DNA of 63,208 nt, filler included, from Choristocarpus tenellus KU-1152 (lineage: Eukaryota > Protista > Phaeophyceae), in assembly GCA_964200185.2 (NCBI GenBank). It is 9 parts of 9 records of this genome, joined end to end, with 100 filler letters (N's around TTAATTAATTAA, not from the genome) between each part and the next. Parts side by side here need not be neighbours in the genome. Positions count along the whole stretch, not along the records: positions 34,490 to 41,133 come from CAXNAD020007676.1; positions 41,234 to 44,896 come from CAXNAD020018654.1; positions 44,997 to 50,327 come from CAXNAD020011126.1; positions 50,428 to 54,736 come from CAXNAD020015183.1; 5 more parts are not named here. One strand, written 5' to 3'. How positions within the stretch are numbered: the first letter of the stretch is position 1; each line of letters opens with the position of its first letter. This document shows positions 38,524 to 51,743 of the stretch, in pieces. A program made the translations under genes and the position numbers. The notes beneath the pieces are model-generated. The model saw only the letters and a list, made by a program, of their open reading frames with translations, was not told the origin of the DNA and ran no database searches.

Positions 38524-41133
38524 TGGTGTTGAATCAGTCACCAAACCATTGACATGACATGACACCCTGGAGTGGCATTGACTTGCACGAACACACTGCA
38601 TGGTTTCTTCAACACAACTAGAACAACACAAAACGTAACAGTTTTATCCATCTGTCTGGGAGTTTTGCTTTGCCAATCAAGGGCCCTCCTTGTCTAGACA
38701 GAAGACAGAAGACCTTTTCAAGACAGAGCCAGTTATTTTTTTTCCCTAGCGCTCTATTGAACCTACCCAGCTTCAGTGCCCCAATCCTCCATCCCCTATA
38801 TCAAATTAAACCACTTTCAGCATGTAACAATTCCGTTTTAAAACACGTATCGGAAGCCAAACCAGACGTCATAAAACATTCAGCAAAATAAAATATGTGG
38901 CTCGTTCCACTTTTTGACTTAGAACATCCAAACTGCACATGCAAGCCAGTCAAAGAGCCTGGGGAGTCAGAAGGGCAAACCTCGCCAAATTCAACATCCT
39001 AATTTATGATTCTTCAACATGCATGTCACTGTGCCACTATGAGCACTCTCTATTCCTCATCCTATACTACTCCCATGTGGTGCATCTCTATGCAAAACCC
39101 CACACACCAACCATCTCAGCCCTATGTTACAGAGTAGTTAATACGAACTACCTGTAATATACATCCTTCAAAATCCACAAAAAAAAATGTTTTCTTGCTT
39201 TCAAAAAACACCACCAGAACGTAAGAAACCAGAGATCTACATGGTCGGAAATTCCACAGGTATTTAAACAGATACGGTTATAGAAAAAAATCCATGGTTA
39301 GCCTATTCTGCAACTGTGGTCGGAAACCTTTACAGTACCATTGGTAACCATGGAGGCATTGGAAAAAAAATGTGTAACTGTCAGGACTTCCTAAACGTAC
39401 TATACCATCCAGATGTGTTCTACTAACAGACCACACCATGTGGCTGTTCTAATACCATGACCCCTGTGTAGCACAACCATACTGTGTCAAGGAGCACATG
39501 CCGGAGCCATGATGTCGAGCAGTAAACTGAAATATAAAAATGCAAATGCGGCAAATACAATATACTCTTACTCCTGTTTGGGACAAAATCTGTGTTTGAA
39601 GTAAAATAGCAAATGCTAGGTCCCTACAATCAACCATTAGCTAGGTTCCTACCGGATAAATTGTAGTATAAAGAGGGGATCTTTCATCTTCAACTGTCCT
39701 GCCAGTACTAAAACCTACTACTAGGTCTATATACAGTAGATGACAACAGCGATCAAATATGCAAATTATACAAAAAAAAAATATGGAGAGAGAGCTGGAT
39801 GTATATACAGTAGGAATATAGCAACCGTTAGGATGACAGTCCCCCTTACCATAAGAGTTTGTAACAACTTCAAACCTCATGTCTGCTGAAGGCATGAGTG
39901 ATGGTGAAGTGGGGTACAACCAACGGGGATTGTTTGCCAGTGGTGGAACTCTGTGCTCAGAGCACCTCATAGAAAAATGATAATATTTCCATTCGCCCTG
40001 AACAAAAAATTGATCGTCCTGTCCTGTCTGTGTGACATATCGATGCCAAACCGAACGTTAGATAAACTTAGATTCCCAGCACCCCCTTGCCTCTTGCAGG
40101 TGGTGACTCAACCACTATCCCCACCCTTCCTGGGGCCTCCCTTGCCAAGGAAGCAGGCTCACCAACAACCTTTCCCGGCATCTTATCAACCCCCACCATT
40201 GCCGGTCGATTTCCTCTCCGCGCGAAAAAATGAAAGGGGAGGTCTTACACTGCTGGTGTGGGTAGAACATCCTATAGAGAGGAAGTTGATCCAACCGCTT
40301 ACCAAATAAGACCTTTGCACAATGCCTTCACCTCAGACCTCCCAATAATGGCACACATGTTCTCCGTACTAAACCTAACCCTCCAGCACCCCTCTAAGTC
40401 ATTGCTAACCATCGTGGTCGGCCCAGGCCATAGGGTTTCCCCCAAAAAAACCTTGATACCCATGTGTTTGCTATGTCAGTACCGTGATACAATGTCCTCA
40501 CATGTTCTTGTGTACAAGAACGCATCAGAGCTCCCTTTACACCCTCGGACAAACGTGGAACAGCCACCATGTCCCGATTGAATACCATAGCAAAGCACAC
40601 ACACAACAATACCTGTACCACCAAATTACGCCATTACTGTAACCACACCACAAGTCAAGAAGTACAACCAGGAACGTTACCGCAAAAGAAAAAACTCAGC
40701 TGCGAGCAGGAGCACAACGTACTACCAAACAAACTTACAACCACAGTCGCATTGTACTGGACACATCATCTAAAATTGCATTCGTGGTTCTCAAATACCA
40801 TAACATACCATACTGTACCATAACATACCATACCATACCATCCCAATTCCATCCCTAACCGTCATCTCAATGTGGCAGAAGCAGCGACAGCGTGTATCAC
40901 CATGCCAACACATCCCACAGCAAAGGCCTACTGTCACACACGGTCGGACGAATCTCCACAGCATAGTAAAGTAACCAACTGCACAGCGGCAGTAAGATCG
41001 AACTGCGTGGACCCTCACGCAAATAACGAGCCAACCCCTCCCTCTCTCCCCCCCCCCCACAGCACTCACCTTCCCCTCCGTGCACTCTATGGTGAGCCAG
41101 GTGTTAACCTTTCCTGATCTTTCACTGATCGTG
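37942..41133 (-). CDS. RNA pseudouridine synthase, RsuA/RluB/E/F family (3' part; 5' cut by contig end)
   Basis: Exon 41133-41070 (..NTWLTIECTEGK|GTGAGT) spliced to exon 38349-37942 (NRQIRKICAHLYLKVNRLIRTRFGPF...) gives the family motif W..I...EGKNRQIR......V.RLIR..FGP. Intron ~2.7 kb. Confidence 0.88.
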
Positions 41134-41233
41134 NNNNNNNNNNNNNNNNNNNNNNNNNNNNNNNNNNNNNNNNNNNNTTAATTAATTAANNNNNNNNNNN
41201 NNNNNNNNNNNNNNNNNNNNNNNNNNNNNNNNN
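41134..41233. other. Artificial contig linker
   Basis: 44 N + TTAATTAATTAA + 44 N. Confidence 0.97.
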
Positions 41234-41690
41234 GTGTATCAGAACACTACCAACAATGCATCCATGATCAGAAGGGGGTCCTACTGTTGACAGAAGAGGC
41301 TGTTATGCAATTTCCACCCGTTACCAAGGCAAACAGGTGCCTCATCAACCCCTATCGCACACAAAATGCGAGTCATTAGCATTGCCTCATATCCAAACCA
41401 TCAAATGTCCAACAATAACCTGAAGTACTGTTTGGAAGAGGGAGTGGGTAGTGGTAAAAGTGCCTTCAACAGCATTTGCATAACTCTTTACAGATGCGCA
41501 CTGGAGTAATGCTTGAATATATGTACATGCCATACAAACAGTGCAACGCCACAGGATATGGAATTGCACACTCCTAATCATCGACGATCATCAAAGGGTT
41601 CATTAATGTTCAGATCTATTCGCTCAAGAAATGCGAGGAAGGGTTTGGGGGTTGATCTCCTTTTCTAGTGTCAAAGGTAGGGGAGGGCAC

Positions 41691-42530
41691 CTCATTGGTG
41701 GCGACAAGATTTGGCTTGGGGTTGTTGCACTTGTTGCATTCGCTCCGCCGCTCCCAGTTTATGTTGCCGCAGGCCGTGCAGGTCCAATCCCCCTTCTGAA
41801 ACAACCCCGATGGCCCACGAAAGTCCTTTTCTACCTTGGCAGGCCCCAGCGGTTTTCCACCTCCCGCACCTATTGGGGGTCCCTTTGCTGGCCCTCGGCC
41901 CATGTTAGCATCCAACTCCGCAATTCCCGCGATCGCAGTACCACCTCCTCCTCTTCCTCGCCCTCTGCCTCTCCCTCTCCCGACTGCAGCAGCCACTGGG
42001 AGAGAGGAGGATGAGGGGGAGCCAGGAGGATCGTCCTCCACGTTATCCTCCGACCTTTCCCTTGTGAACCAAGTGAGGTGGTATCGACAGGGAAAAAGCT
42101 GGTCGGTGGGAGTGTCAAAACTTTACATTGGAGGATTGTTCGAAGCATTAGAATTTTGAAACAATCGACCACCCCGAATCGAATCTAAGGAATGCAATCC
42201 ATTCAGGATACCGGTAACCAGACACTCTTATTCACCTATCAGGGCTGCCATCCTTCAGACCTCCCACTGTAGCTGGTTGCACATCCCCAGTCGTCATCCA
42301 CGCCGGCTTAGTCATTCCAAGCCCCCTGCCCCCCCCCCTTCCGATAGCTCCCTACAGAAGAAATAACGTGGTCAATGAAATGTGTTCGTGCAAGAATGGA
42401 TGCGTCCATCGACCTTTCTTCACCTCAGTTCACTCGGATAATACTTGGACCTATAATCGGAACTAGAATGCGAGCAGTCTGGTTAGCAAAGGAGCGGCGA
42501 CATTGTAGCCAAAGTAAAACACACCTGCAT
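41691..42530 (-). CDS. RanBP2-type zinc-finger RNA-binding protein (ZRANB2-like), 3' part missing
   Basis: GPSGLFQKGDWTCTACGNINWERRSECNKCNNPKP plus RG repeats and a PAWMT motif. Phase-consistent exons 42351-42236 and 42060-41691; possible 6-bp first coding exon ATGCAG at 42530-42525. Confidence 0.82.
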
Positions 42531-42861
42531 ATTCTCCAAGCTTCTTATGCTGTGCCCTTACTCCAACCCTTTTTCTTCACTGCATTACTGCCGTCCTCCC
42601 ACACAAGTCGACTTCACAAGGGTTTCCATCCTGTTGGCGTGTCAGCGAAACGGTGAAAAATCCAAACCGAAGAACAAAGGAGATTACCAATTTACATACG
42701 ATTTCTCGTAAAAGGTATGCGGACTTGTTAAGGGGGTTAATATTTGTCCATTGGGTGGAAATATGCACGTCCACCACTGCTTCCTGTTAAACTTATGATG
42801 GTTTACCCCAAGTTGTGAGCACTCCCTTCTTTGCACATCGAATTGCAGAGAGGGTGTGTAA

Positions 42862-43252
42862 ATGGCCATGAATAAGACAAGAAAAAGTAATGCTGGGGCA
42901 GTGAAGACCAAAAAAGGGAACAGCCCAAGTGGAACCAAGAGCAGTGATCGCAAGGCATCAATTGGGGGTGCAGGGTCAAACCCTATCAGCACGTTCGAGG
43001 ATGAAGACATGTACCAAGAGCCCATCAAGAAGGTGGGCGTCTAACCTTAGGCAGCTTCACTGGACAAGTAGTTTTATTAATAGAACCTTGTCACGTGCAT
43101 TTTCCGAACACAATAGTTTATGCGAAGTCACTTCCTTCACTTAGGTCCCCTTTACTATTGCCAGGTGGTGCGTCCGTCCAATCAACTTCAACTAAGCGAG
43201 GCCGAAATGAAAGAGGAGCACACTAGAGTCCTCACCGCGAATGACCCCAACG
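42862..43252 (+). CDS. DNAI1: Axonemal dynein intermediate chain (DNAI1/IC78-like), first two exons
   Basis: Exons 42862-43032 and 43165-43252 give KVVRPSNQLQLSEAEMKEEHTRVLTANDPN, matching the conserved DNAI1 N-terminal motif (V.P..QL.L...EL.EE.TR.LTANNP). Downstream exons not found on this contig. Confidence 0.75.
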
Positions 43253-44612
43253 GTGAATGGCGTCCCTTGCATTGATTTAAATGCGCTCCTTGTTGATTTC
43301 CCATTGTTCAAGATCAAACCAACCACGCACAGGTCGAGCTAGTGTGCTGAGGAGTATCAACCAAGCCCTTCCTCTCTGAACTTGCCTTGGTTGGCCAGGG
43401 GTGCATGCCTTTGACTGATGAAATGGAGTGCAATCAAAACTGTAATCAAAACAAGTCCCTTTTCTTGAACCACCCCGCCCAAGAGTAGTTTCCTACGCTT
43501 GGATATCTCCAATATTTGTAGGAAAGCTCAGTATACGCTCGCCGCTCTTGCAAAAATATACTTGGTTGTTTGGACTGTGGCACCTCACATAGGGAGAATC
43601 AGCACTGGTACATTAGGTCTCTTTTGTGAGGCGCCTCATCAGTCACCTTCAAATCCGATGCAAGATATCATCCGCAAAATACGTTTTTGAAATTGCTCAT
43701 GAGCTAATCCATTTTCAATGTGACCCATCTGTAACTGCATCAACATTCTTGGGGACAGTTAGCTGCCCCAACCAATCAGTTCTTAGCTTGTCAGATGTGG
43801 CGAGCATGTTGCATGATCACAAATGTATACTTACTGCTTACCCAACACTACCATATATCTGATGTAGACCCCTCCCAATATCGTTGGAGCATAGGAGAAA
43901 TGAAGCAGGTGAAAAATCCATCAAAAATAATTAACTTAATCCCATTCCATTGCTCCAAACACGAGGAGGAGGTGCACGAAACCGCCAGCGTGTCCTGTCC
44001 TCACCGCTCTGGCAAATCCAAAAAAAAGAGAGGCACATTTGCAAGGAAGCCTCGCACTTCTCCCAAGTGGACCAAAAAAATGATAAAGAGTATGGAACAA
44101 CGTTCACAATTTCGTCTTGACTTCGCTCGAACGGTGTGTTGTCGATGGATCAAAGACCTACCCTATTGCTCTGAGACAATGCAAGGTACATGGGACCACA
44201 CGCTCATTCCATTTTCGTTCCTGTTTTGCGAATCATACCGCTGCACGAGATACGCGCATTACTATACCAATGCATGAAAATTTGCTTACAAGTAAAGAGC
44301 ATGCATATCTTTGCTGTATATTCGTGCGGAAAAACCTGCAGAGGTGGGGTTACTACTGACTCTCTCCGTCCAGTATACGGTAGATACACAAGAAAAGAGT
44401 GATAGGGTATGGTGCTGATACGACATGCATGCATGCAGCAATGGATATTCACTGGCGTTCATTTTGTCTCTAATTTCCGCTCGTAAAAGTGGGGTGCCGA
44501 AACACTGAGTATGGGATGCTGTCCACCATTTCTAGTGTGTCTTGTCTCATCTCAGCTTTATTATGATAATCCCGAAGAGTCAACGGAAACGAGAGGTACC
44601 AGGGCTGCATTT

Positions 44613-44896
44613 AACCCAAAGCATTTCAGAGGGTAGAAGTTTTGTCCTGTTTGTCTGTTCGAAGCTTGCCTTCCCACAGGTTTTTTTTATGCCCTTTTTC
44701 GGTTTTCTGTGAGAAGATTGAAGATTGAAAGTATCTTAGGGTTAGGGTACGAGTTTTGTCCTGTTTGTCTGTTTGGGGCTTGACTTCCCACGGGTTTATT
44801 TTATGACATTTTCATACTCCAAAATGGTTCAGAGGGGGTAAAATGTATACGTTATGAAAATGTGCGTATGGAACATGATGGATATTGACACTTCCT
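44613..44896 (-). mobile_element. Two adjacent partial family B MITE ends, cut by contig end
   Basis: AAAGCATTTCAGAGGGTAGAAG.. (44613) and GATTGAAAGTATCTTAGGG..TACGAGTTTTGTCCTG (44723). Confidence 0.75.
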
Positions 44897-44996
44897 NNNN
44901 NNNNNNNNNNNNNNNNNNNNNNNNNNNNNNNNNNNNNNNNTTAATTAATTAANNNNNNNNNNNNNNNNNNNNNNNNNNNNNNNNNNNNNNNNNNNN
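44897..44996. other. Artificial contig linker
   Basis: 44 N + TTAATTAATTAA + 44 N. Confidence 0.97.
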
Positions 44997-45323
44997 CCTC
45001 CCCCCTCCCCCCAGATACTTTGAGCATGGTATGGCCAAAGGGATCCTGGCAACTGCTAATATCTGGTAGAATAGTATGAAGCGGCCTACTGTGAGAAGTG
45101 TATTTGAACCGGATATACTTGGAAGTTGGAGCTCATGTCAACTTTAGCATATATAGCAGCTGCTTTTTACTGATAGAACAGACAGTGAATGGTCCGCTGG
45201 ATCCTTGCGCCCATTTCATTTCAAAAAATGATAAAGTTGGCATCGGGTATCTTGGAGTATGTTCTGGTTCTGCTACTCCTTTTTCAAAGGTTCGTAGGTA
45301 GCCTGCCACGTAAACACTTCAAA

Positions 45324-48089
45324 CTACAAGTCGCTTGTACTGAACTCTTCAAGAAGCCGGTCCATTTTTCTCAACTCTTCAAAAACCAGCCCTTTGTACA
45401 ATATCCTTTGAAGTACACCTTGCACCAGGCACGTTAGTCAATCCTTTAATCCTTGGAAGCACAATTGAATGATTACTGCTCGTTGCTATTTCCTTGCCCT
45501 CACACCTGCCTGATGTTGCAGACACCTGGCCTTCTCCACGCTTCCCGCTCGGCAAGCACCACCCATGGAATGTGGGTGGACCATGGGTGAGAGGAGTGTT
45601 GGTGATCTTGTTTGAGAGGAGGACTAGGTAGTTAGATTGGCGATTTGGTGGGCCTTGGAGGTCACTGCATGAATATGGACACAAAGGAGGCGTTGACACA
45701 AAAAATTACAAAAGACAGTTGTGCTCTGGTGGATTCCGGGCATCATGTTGTGTTCACCTCAAACTGGATCAAGTATGTGCCAAATATGTATGAAGTGTAC
45801 TATGACAAACAAAAGCAAAATTTCTCACATGAAAAGTGAACAGGAGACCAGAGGGGAAAGGGGAGCACCTCTTCTCTGGCTTAAGAATCATTGCTTCAAA
45901 GCATAGGGTGGTTGCCCTCTGAGGACTGGAGGACAAGAACATCAATCCAACGATATAAACATACCAAAGATTAAGTCTCATATTGCCCAGAGAGCTTATA
46001 CCTTCTACAGAAAAGATTTCAACATAATTTAAGTAATTTAGGGATAAACCAAACACTAATGTGTAGACCGTTCCCTCCCTAAGTGGTAGCCCTCTTTCCA
46101 GCAATGTTATCTCCTCTCCCTGCCCAATACCTCATTCTTTCACGCCACAATATTTTTACACTGCAAATATTGGGCACCATGCGATGCTTGCCTTGCACAC
46201 CCCTCGTCATAACCTCACCTCCACCGCAGCATAGGAAAAAAACAGGGGGCAAGGACAACTATGAATAGCAATATTTGGACCAATGGGATTGCTTGTGTAT
46301 CAGAACAAGTCAGTGGATGAATTTGCCCTGCAATCCAGTTGGTACTGTATTGCGTATGTATTGCACTATTGGCGTTACTTGTAGACTAAATCAAATGCCA
46401 TGGGCTAAGCTAAGGGGCACAAGAGAACACTACTGCTGTTGCGATTGTAACCCGAACGTTCTTGAAGTCACTCTGTTACACCACAGTACTACGGCATACT
46501 TGTGTCTGCTTACAAGATACTCTTCTCTCGCTGCATGTCTGCAACACGAAATATTCTACAAGGTGATCCGACTTCACGTGATGGAGGTAGGTGGAAAGAA
46601 GGGTGGCATGGAATTGTGCCATCACAGGGGACAGGTGACTTCAACTTGAAGTTGGGATTACACTCACTGCATGACAACAGGAGCAACCAAAAGGTGCGCC
46701 CATACCATACAAAATTCGTAAACTCACTTGGCGTGTGGTTTGTTATAGAATATGTAGTACCTCAAGTGAGTGCAAAAATGAAAGCATGAGTTGTGTATAT
46801 GTATGCATCCATCCATGATAAGTTTTGTGTATTCATCCCCTCCTTCCCCCACGGTACCGTTGACCTCTGTTGAAGTGCATGAGTTGGACCTTAAATTGAC
46901 AGGTTGAAATTTTCCGAGATTGTGGAGAAGCGAGTCACCTCAAATAAGTAATATTCCATAGCAGTTTCGTTCGACTCCAGGATTTTAACAGTTTTGATTT
47001 TTTTTAATTGAAGGAACTCTTTCAATTTCGACAGTTTGAGTTCAACTTGTACTTTTTATTAACAATATTTTGAAACTCTCCTGGTAAGAAAATCCAATAT
47101 GTCACTGAACCCATCTCCAACATCATCACCCCCGTCCTCCACTCCATACCACACTCTAGCTTCAACATATACAATATACCCAAGGAAAAAGTGTGAAGGC
47201 CTGCTATTCTGGAAGAGACAAGTATCAATAGTGTAACTGTTTCGGGTGTATCCTACTTTTTTTTTCAGGCGTGTCTGGAGGATGATGATGGTAGGTGGAT
47301 AGTAGGGTGCTGGCTCGTTCCACCAGCCAAGCCTTCCACTTCCCCTACCTGCCACCCCACAACAAGTAACCTGAAGGGTAGAATGGAACAGATGCCAGAC
47401 AATGGACTTGTGGAGGCCAGAAGAGAGGAAATCGAGCTGAGGTCTCACATCAGTGCTGTCTCGACAAGCAGCAATGGAAATGGCTCTAGAAATATAAAAG
47501 AGTCAACCTGCAGGTGATGGTGGTGGGTGAAGGTGTCGCACATACCCATGTGAGGCAAAGTATCTTAGAGGGTAGAGCCGCGCCCATTTGGAGGCTAAAA
47601 TCCAATGGTGTGATTTTGATGTAATTTTGGCTATCATGTTTGTTAGGAAGTATCAATATCCTTGTTCCGGACACACCTTTTCATAACGTATACACATTAC
47701 CTACTCTGAAACATTTTGGAGTAGGTAAAATATCATTTATACCCGTGGGAAGCCACGCCCCAAATGGACATAGAAAAACTTGTACCCTCTAAGATACTTT
47801 CACTCTGTTCCAAAAGTTAACCTGCGACATGGATGTGTCAGAATTCGTGGTGGTTCCTTTTTTCTCTATTTTTGTTTCTTGATGTTATGGTGTTCTATTT
47901 TATTGGGGTCATTCCGAAGTTTTTCTCGGAGTCATTTAGTCTCTAAGGTTGGTTAGAGAGTTTGGGTGTTCAACCGTTGGAGTTACTGTCAGCGAGGATA
48001 GTCTTTGAATTAAAACGACACCCGAGGGTATGCAATAGAGAGTACTCTGTCTTCAGAAAATTGTTGCATTCAATGCATACAAGGTGATA
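45324..48089 (-). CDS. Unidentified multi-exon protein (3' part)
   Basis: Five AG/GT-bounded, phase-consistent exons (48089-48022, 47485-47371, 47252-47180, 45606-45526, 45418-45324) join into an open frame ending PWSTHIPWVVLAEREAWRRPGVLQRILYKGLVFEELRKMDRLLEEFSTSDL*. Confidence 0.5.
47552..47805 (+). mobile_element. MITE family B (complete, intronic)
   Basis: GAGGCAAAGTATCTTAGAGGG ... CCCTCTAAGATACTTTCACTC; 3-bp flanking repeat TGT. Confidence 0.9.
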
Positions 48090-48956
48090 CTGTCAAAGGG
48101 GATAAGCAGGAATAGCCTTAAATTGCACCAGCCGCTGACAAAGCAAATGAGATTGTTACGCATCTATGGTAGAAGAAAATCAAAAACAGAATAAATAATA
48201 ATTAATATAACAATAGCAGCAATAATAAATGAATACTTCAGAGCAACAAATTGTAGCAATAATCATAACAATAATAACAATATCGATAGCACAAGAAGAC
48301 AGAGATGTATCTGGGCTCTGTTGTTCCTCATCAAGAATCTTCTAGCTGAACAGGGCCGACACTTCATGTAAGAGTTAATATGATGAATGCTTTCCTCTTT
48401 TTCAATTTCCCACAGTCTTTGAGTCAGCCTTATAATCCTAAACCTAACCCCAACCCTGACCCTAACTCTGTTTTTTTAATTGAAATCGCCCATGATTGTG
48501 ATCACAAACCGGTCAGGTGTGTCATTATTATTGGAAATTGAGGTTTGTCTTGCTGGTTGAGCGAGGAAATGAACGAAATATTGCATGCGCATATTTATTC
48601 CATCAATACATTTTTTTTTTTATCCGGAATATATATATGTATATATTCTCGTTGGCATAGGATGCAATGGTGTGATCTAGAAGAGTCAAAGAGGTCACAT
48701 AATAACAAAAATGGAGAGAGACTTGAGGTGCGAGCGGAAAAAAATGAACAAAAGACTGCACACTTCAGACACTCTTGCAGGTCGCTTATTGGTGCTCCAC
48801 GATGCCAGTTGATAAGGAACAGGTACAACAGTGCCATACAGGTACACTTCGAGCATAAAATGTGGGAATCAATCGAATCTCAAGGGTCATGCGGAGATGT
48901 GAATAATGGCAGGAGTATCATGTAGACTCCGACACTGTCTATGCCGAGCATGTGCT

Positions 48957-49411
48957 GATGAATGGTGATATTAGAATAAATATTGATGAACGGTGATATT
49001 AGAATAAATATTGATGAACGGTGATATTGGAATAAATATTGATGAACGGTGATATTGGAATATGTCTTGATGAACGGTGATATTAGAATAAATATTGATG
49101 AATGCTGATATTGGAATAAGTCTTGATGAATGCTGATATTGGAATATGTCTTGATGAATGCTGATATTGGAATATGTCTTGATGAATGATGATATTGGAG
49201 TAAGTCTTGATGAATGCTGATATTGGAATATGTCTAGATGAATGATGATATTGGAGTAAGTCTTGATGAATGCTGATATTGGAATATGTCTTGATGAATG
49301 CTGATATTGGAGTAAGTCTTGATGAATGCTGATATGAGAATAAGTCTTGATGAATGCTGATATTGGAGTAAGTCTTGATGAATGCTGATATTGGAATGTG
49401 TCTTGATGAAT
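48957..49411. repeat. 28-bp minisatellite, ~16 copies
   Basis: Consensus GATGAATGCTGATATTGGAATATGTCTT, contiguous with no spacers. Confidence 0.95.
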
Positions 49412-49690
49412 ACTCTTCAGACTGGTTCTTGATCGTTACACAAGGGCATTTGTTCACAAATTTTGTAAATAAGAAAAAGAGTCATTCGTTCCGATGATCA
49501 CCGCCTGTCAATATAATTTATTTTGCTTCATAACTCTGAGTGCGTTAGGTATATATTGTACATGGCCCCTTCTATCTCTTGGTGCAACTCTTCAATTGAG
49601 AAAAGTGATGGAAGGGTCAGCGGCATACCCAGTGCTCTTTGTTCAACCCAGATTCACTTTCTGGTGGGCTATGACTCCTCTTGTGTCATA

Positions 49691-49925
49691 CAACCCTTGT
49701 CACTTACATGGTTAGGGATAGGGGTAGGGTTTTAACAAAAGTTAGTGTATATATATGTGTGTATATGTTTTTTATGTGTTACACTTATTGTATTGATTTG
49801 TGCACTCTTTTTGCGTTACGCAACCCTTGTCACATACATGGTTAGGGTTAGAGTTTTAGCAACATTTAGGGTATATGTGTGTATATAGTTTTTGTGTGTT
49901 ATACTTTATATTGATTTGTACGCAC
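49691..49925. repeat. Tandem duplication ~130 bp with TTAGGG-like motifs
   Basis: CAACCCTTGTCAC.TACATGGTTAGGG at 49691 and 49821. Confidence 0.75.
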
Positions 49926-50134
49926 AATTCCGACGGTGTAGACATCATTTCTTTTTTTACAGTCGTGTTCATGGATTGACTTAGTTTCATTTGCCCTAAC
50001 CCTGAGACGTTTTGCGGATGGTTAGTCCCTCTCAACGCATTGACTTGACTCACTCAGTTACTGTGACGCGTATTTGTAGGCAGTGTGTACAAACAATGAA
50101 GATGTCATGGCGTGGCATGAGTCACCATTGAGTG

Positions 50135-50292
50135 GGCTCAAAGTATCTGGGGGGGGTGGCGGCTGTCCATTTGGGGCTAATTTTTTCATGTCGCGATTTT
50201 CGGAAGATTTGGTTCAATACGTTGGATGGATAATGAAAGTGTACTTTTCCTAGTTTTGACCCAAATGGACACCCTGGTGTAGACTCCCACCC

Positions 50293-50327
<35 letters not shown>
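50135..50327 (-). mobile_element. MITE family A, ends in poly-C at contig break
   Basis: Starts GGCTCAAAGTATCTGGGGGG; body homologous to other copies. Confidence 0.85.
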
Positions 50328-50427
50328 NNNNNNNNNNNNNNNNNNNNNNNNNNNNNNNNNNNNNNNNNNNNTTAATTAATTAANNNNNNNNNNNNNNNNN
50401 NNNNNNNNNNNNNNNNNNNNNNNNNNN
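50328..50427. other. Artificial contig linker
   Basis: 44 N + TTAATTAATTAA + 44 N. Confidence 0.97.
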
Positions 50428-50788
50428 CACAAGACCCCCTCCAGCCCCCGGTCTATGTAGGTGTACTAGTTCAAACTTACCATGTTCTCTATCATATTTA
50501 AAAAAAACTTGAAAATATAGCTAGTCTTTGAAGTGGATCACAAAAGAACAATAACAAACAAAAATTTCATATTCCCCCACCCACCCAGATATCAAAAAAG
50601 GGCACTCACTCTCCCCTCTTTGCCTCCTCCCATCATGGGCATGTGGGAGACAGATAATCCTCCAGGAATTGGACAAATATTTCCTGACACAGCCGCACAG
50701 ACTACCTTACATTCAATTCTCTTTAAACTGCAAACATTCACCCACCCCCAAACTGTACATGGAAGCCTGCCTAATTCTTCTCTAAGAC

Positions 50789-51743
50789 CTGGCATGTGAC
50801 GGGAGTAGCTTGGGGGCCCTGTATTTCCAGGCCATGACTGCCAGCATAGAACACGCCGTCCAGTTTAACGAAGTTGTAGACTTTTTGCTTGCTACGACCT
50901 GTCACGATGGCCGTTGTGAATCGTTCCGCAACCTAATTTTTATCCAGGACAGGAGAATGGCAGGGTGAAAGAGAGAGTTTGATGAATGAATGAGGACAGG
51001 AGGGGCCAAAAATTGGGGTTATATATGGTGGAAGCGTGGACCAACATAGCTACCATAGCAACCAAATGCATTTTCTTGACACCCCTTACACAGCTCCATG
51101 ATTTGTCAGTGTCCCTGAGGTCGGTGAGGACTCCACATAGACGCGCCTATAGCCCTTACTCCAAAACACAATATAAAATTTGAGACAATCTCTAATCCCA
51201 TCAGCGTGCACCACATAAAACTAAACCTTCGTGCAAGGGTCATCGGAGACCGATGTACACTTCACTACCTGTCCCAACACCGAGCGCATCCCATCACTCA
51301 TGAAGGCGCGGTCAGGCTGCTCAACAATGGGAGAAAGAGTTCCATCATAGTCCAAGAATAGCACGACCTGTGGAATAGCAGCAAACGAGAGACACGTCAG
51401 CTTCAAGAAAGACGGAGAAAAACGTTAAGGGGTTCAGCAATTGCGGAAAGAATCGGAACATGGACTTGTCAATCTCAGGGCGCTGAACTATTCCTCAACG
51501 AGAGGAAACTCTTTTTAGCTAAGAAGAACTACGACAGGAATCCGTCGATGCCCTTAGAGGTTCGTCATCTAGCTCAGGTGACGGTCCTCAGTGTTGATAT
51601 ATCCCACGGACCTCTCTATCCCCGATCATCTTTTCGAGCTTGCCCCAGTGCTTGAGGGCATTCTCCTTGTGGAGAGAGGGTAGCTCCTGCGCTGAGAGCG
51701 CGGTCGGCTTGTCAGCCGCAGCCACGTCGACCATTGTAGCCAT
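50789..51743 (-). CDS. TPP: Trehalose-6-phosphate phosphatase (HAD superfamily), 5' part
   Basis: Exons 51743-51612, 51367-51269 ([22 protein letters not shown]) and 50932-50789 ([26 protein letters not shown]). Diagnostic stand-alone TPP motifs; all junctions phase 0. Confidence 0.92.

Noticed and set aside
38350-38631. Poly-proline N-terminus of the 229-aa ORF
   Set aside because: It derives from intronic G-runs around a 10-N gap; the true exon starts at 38349.
48957-49411. CRISPR-like array, or the 124-aa repetitive ORF 49083-49457
   Set aside because: The units are contiguous with no unique spacers and there are no cas genes. The ORF is a by-product of the minisatellite.
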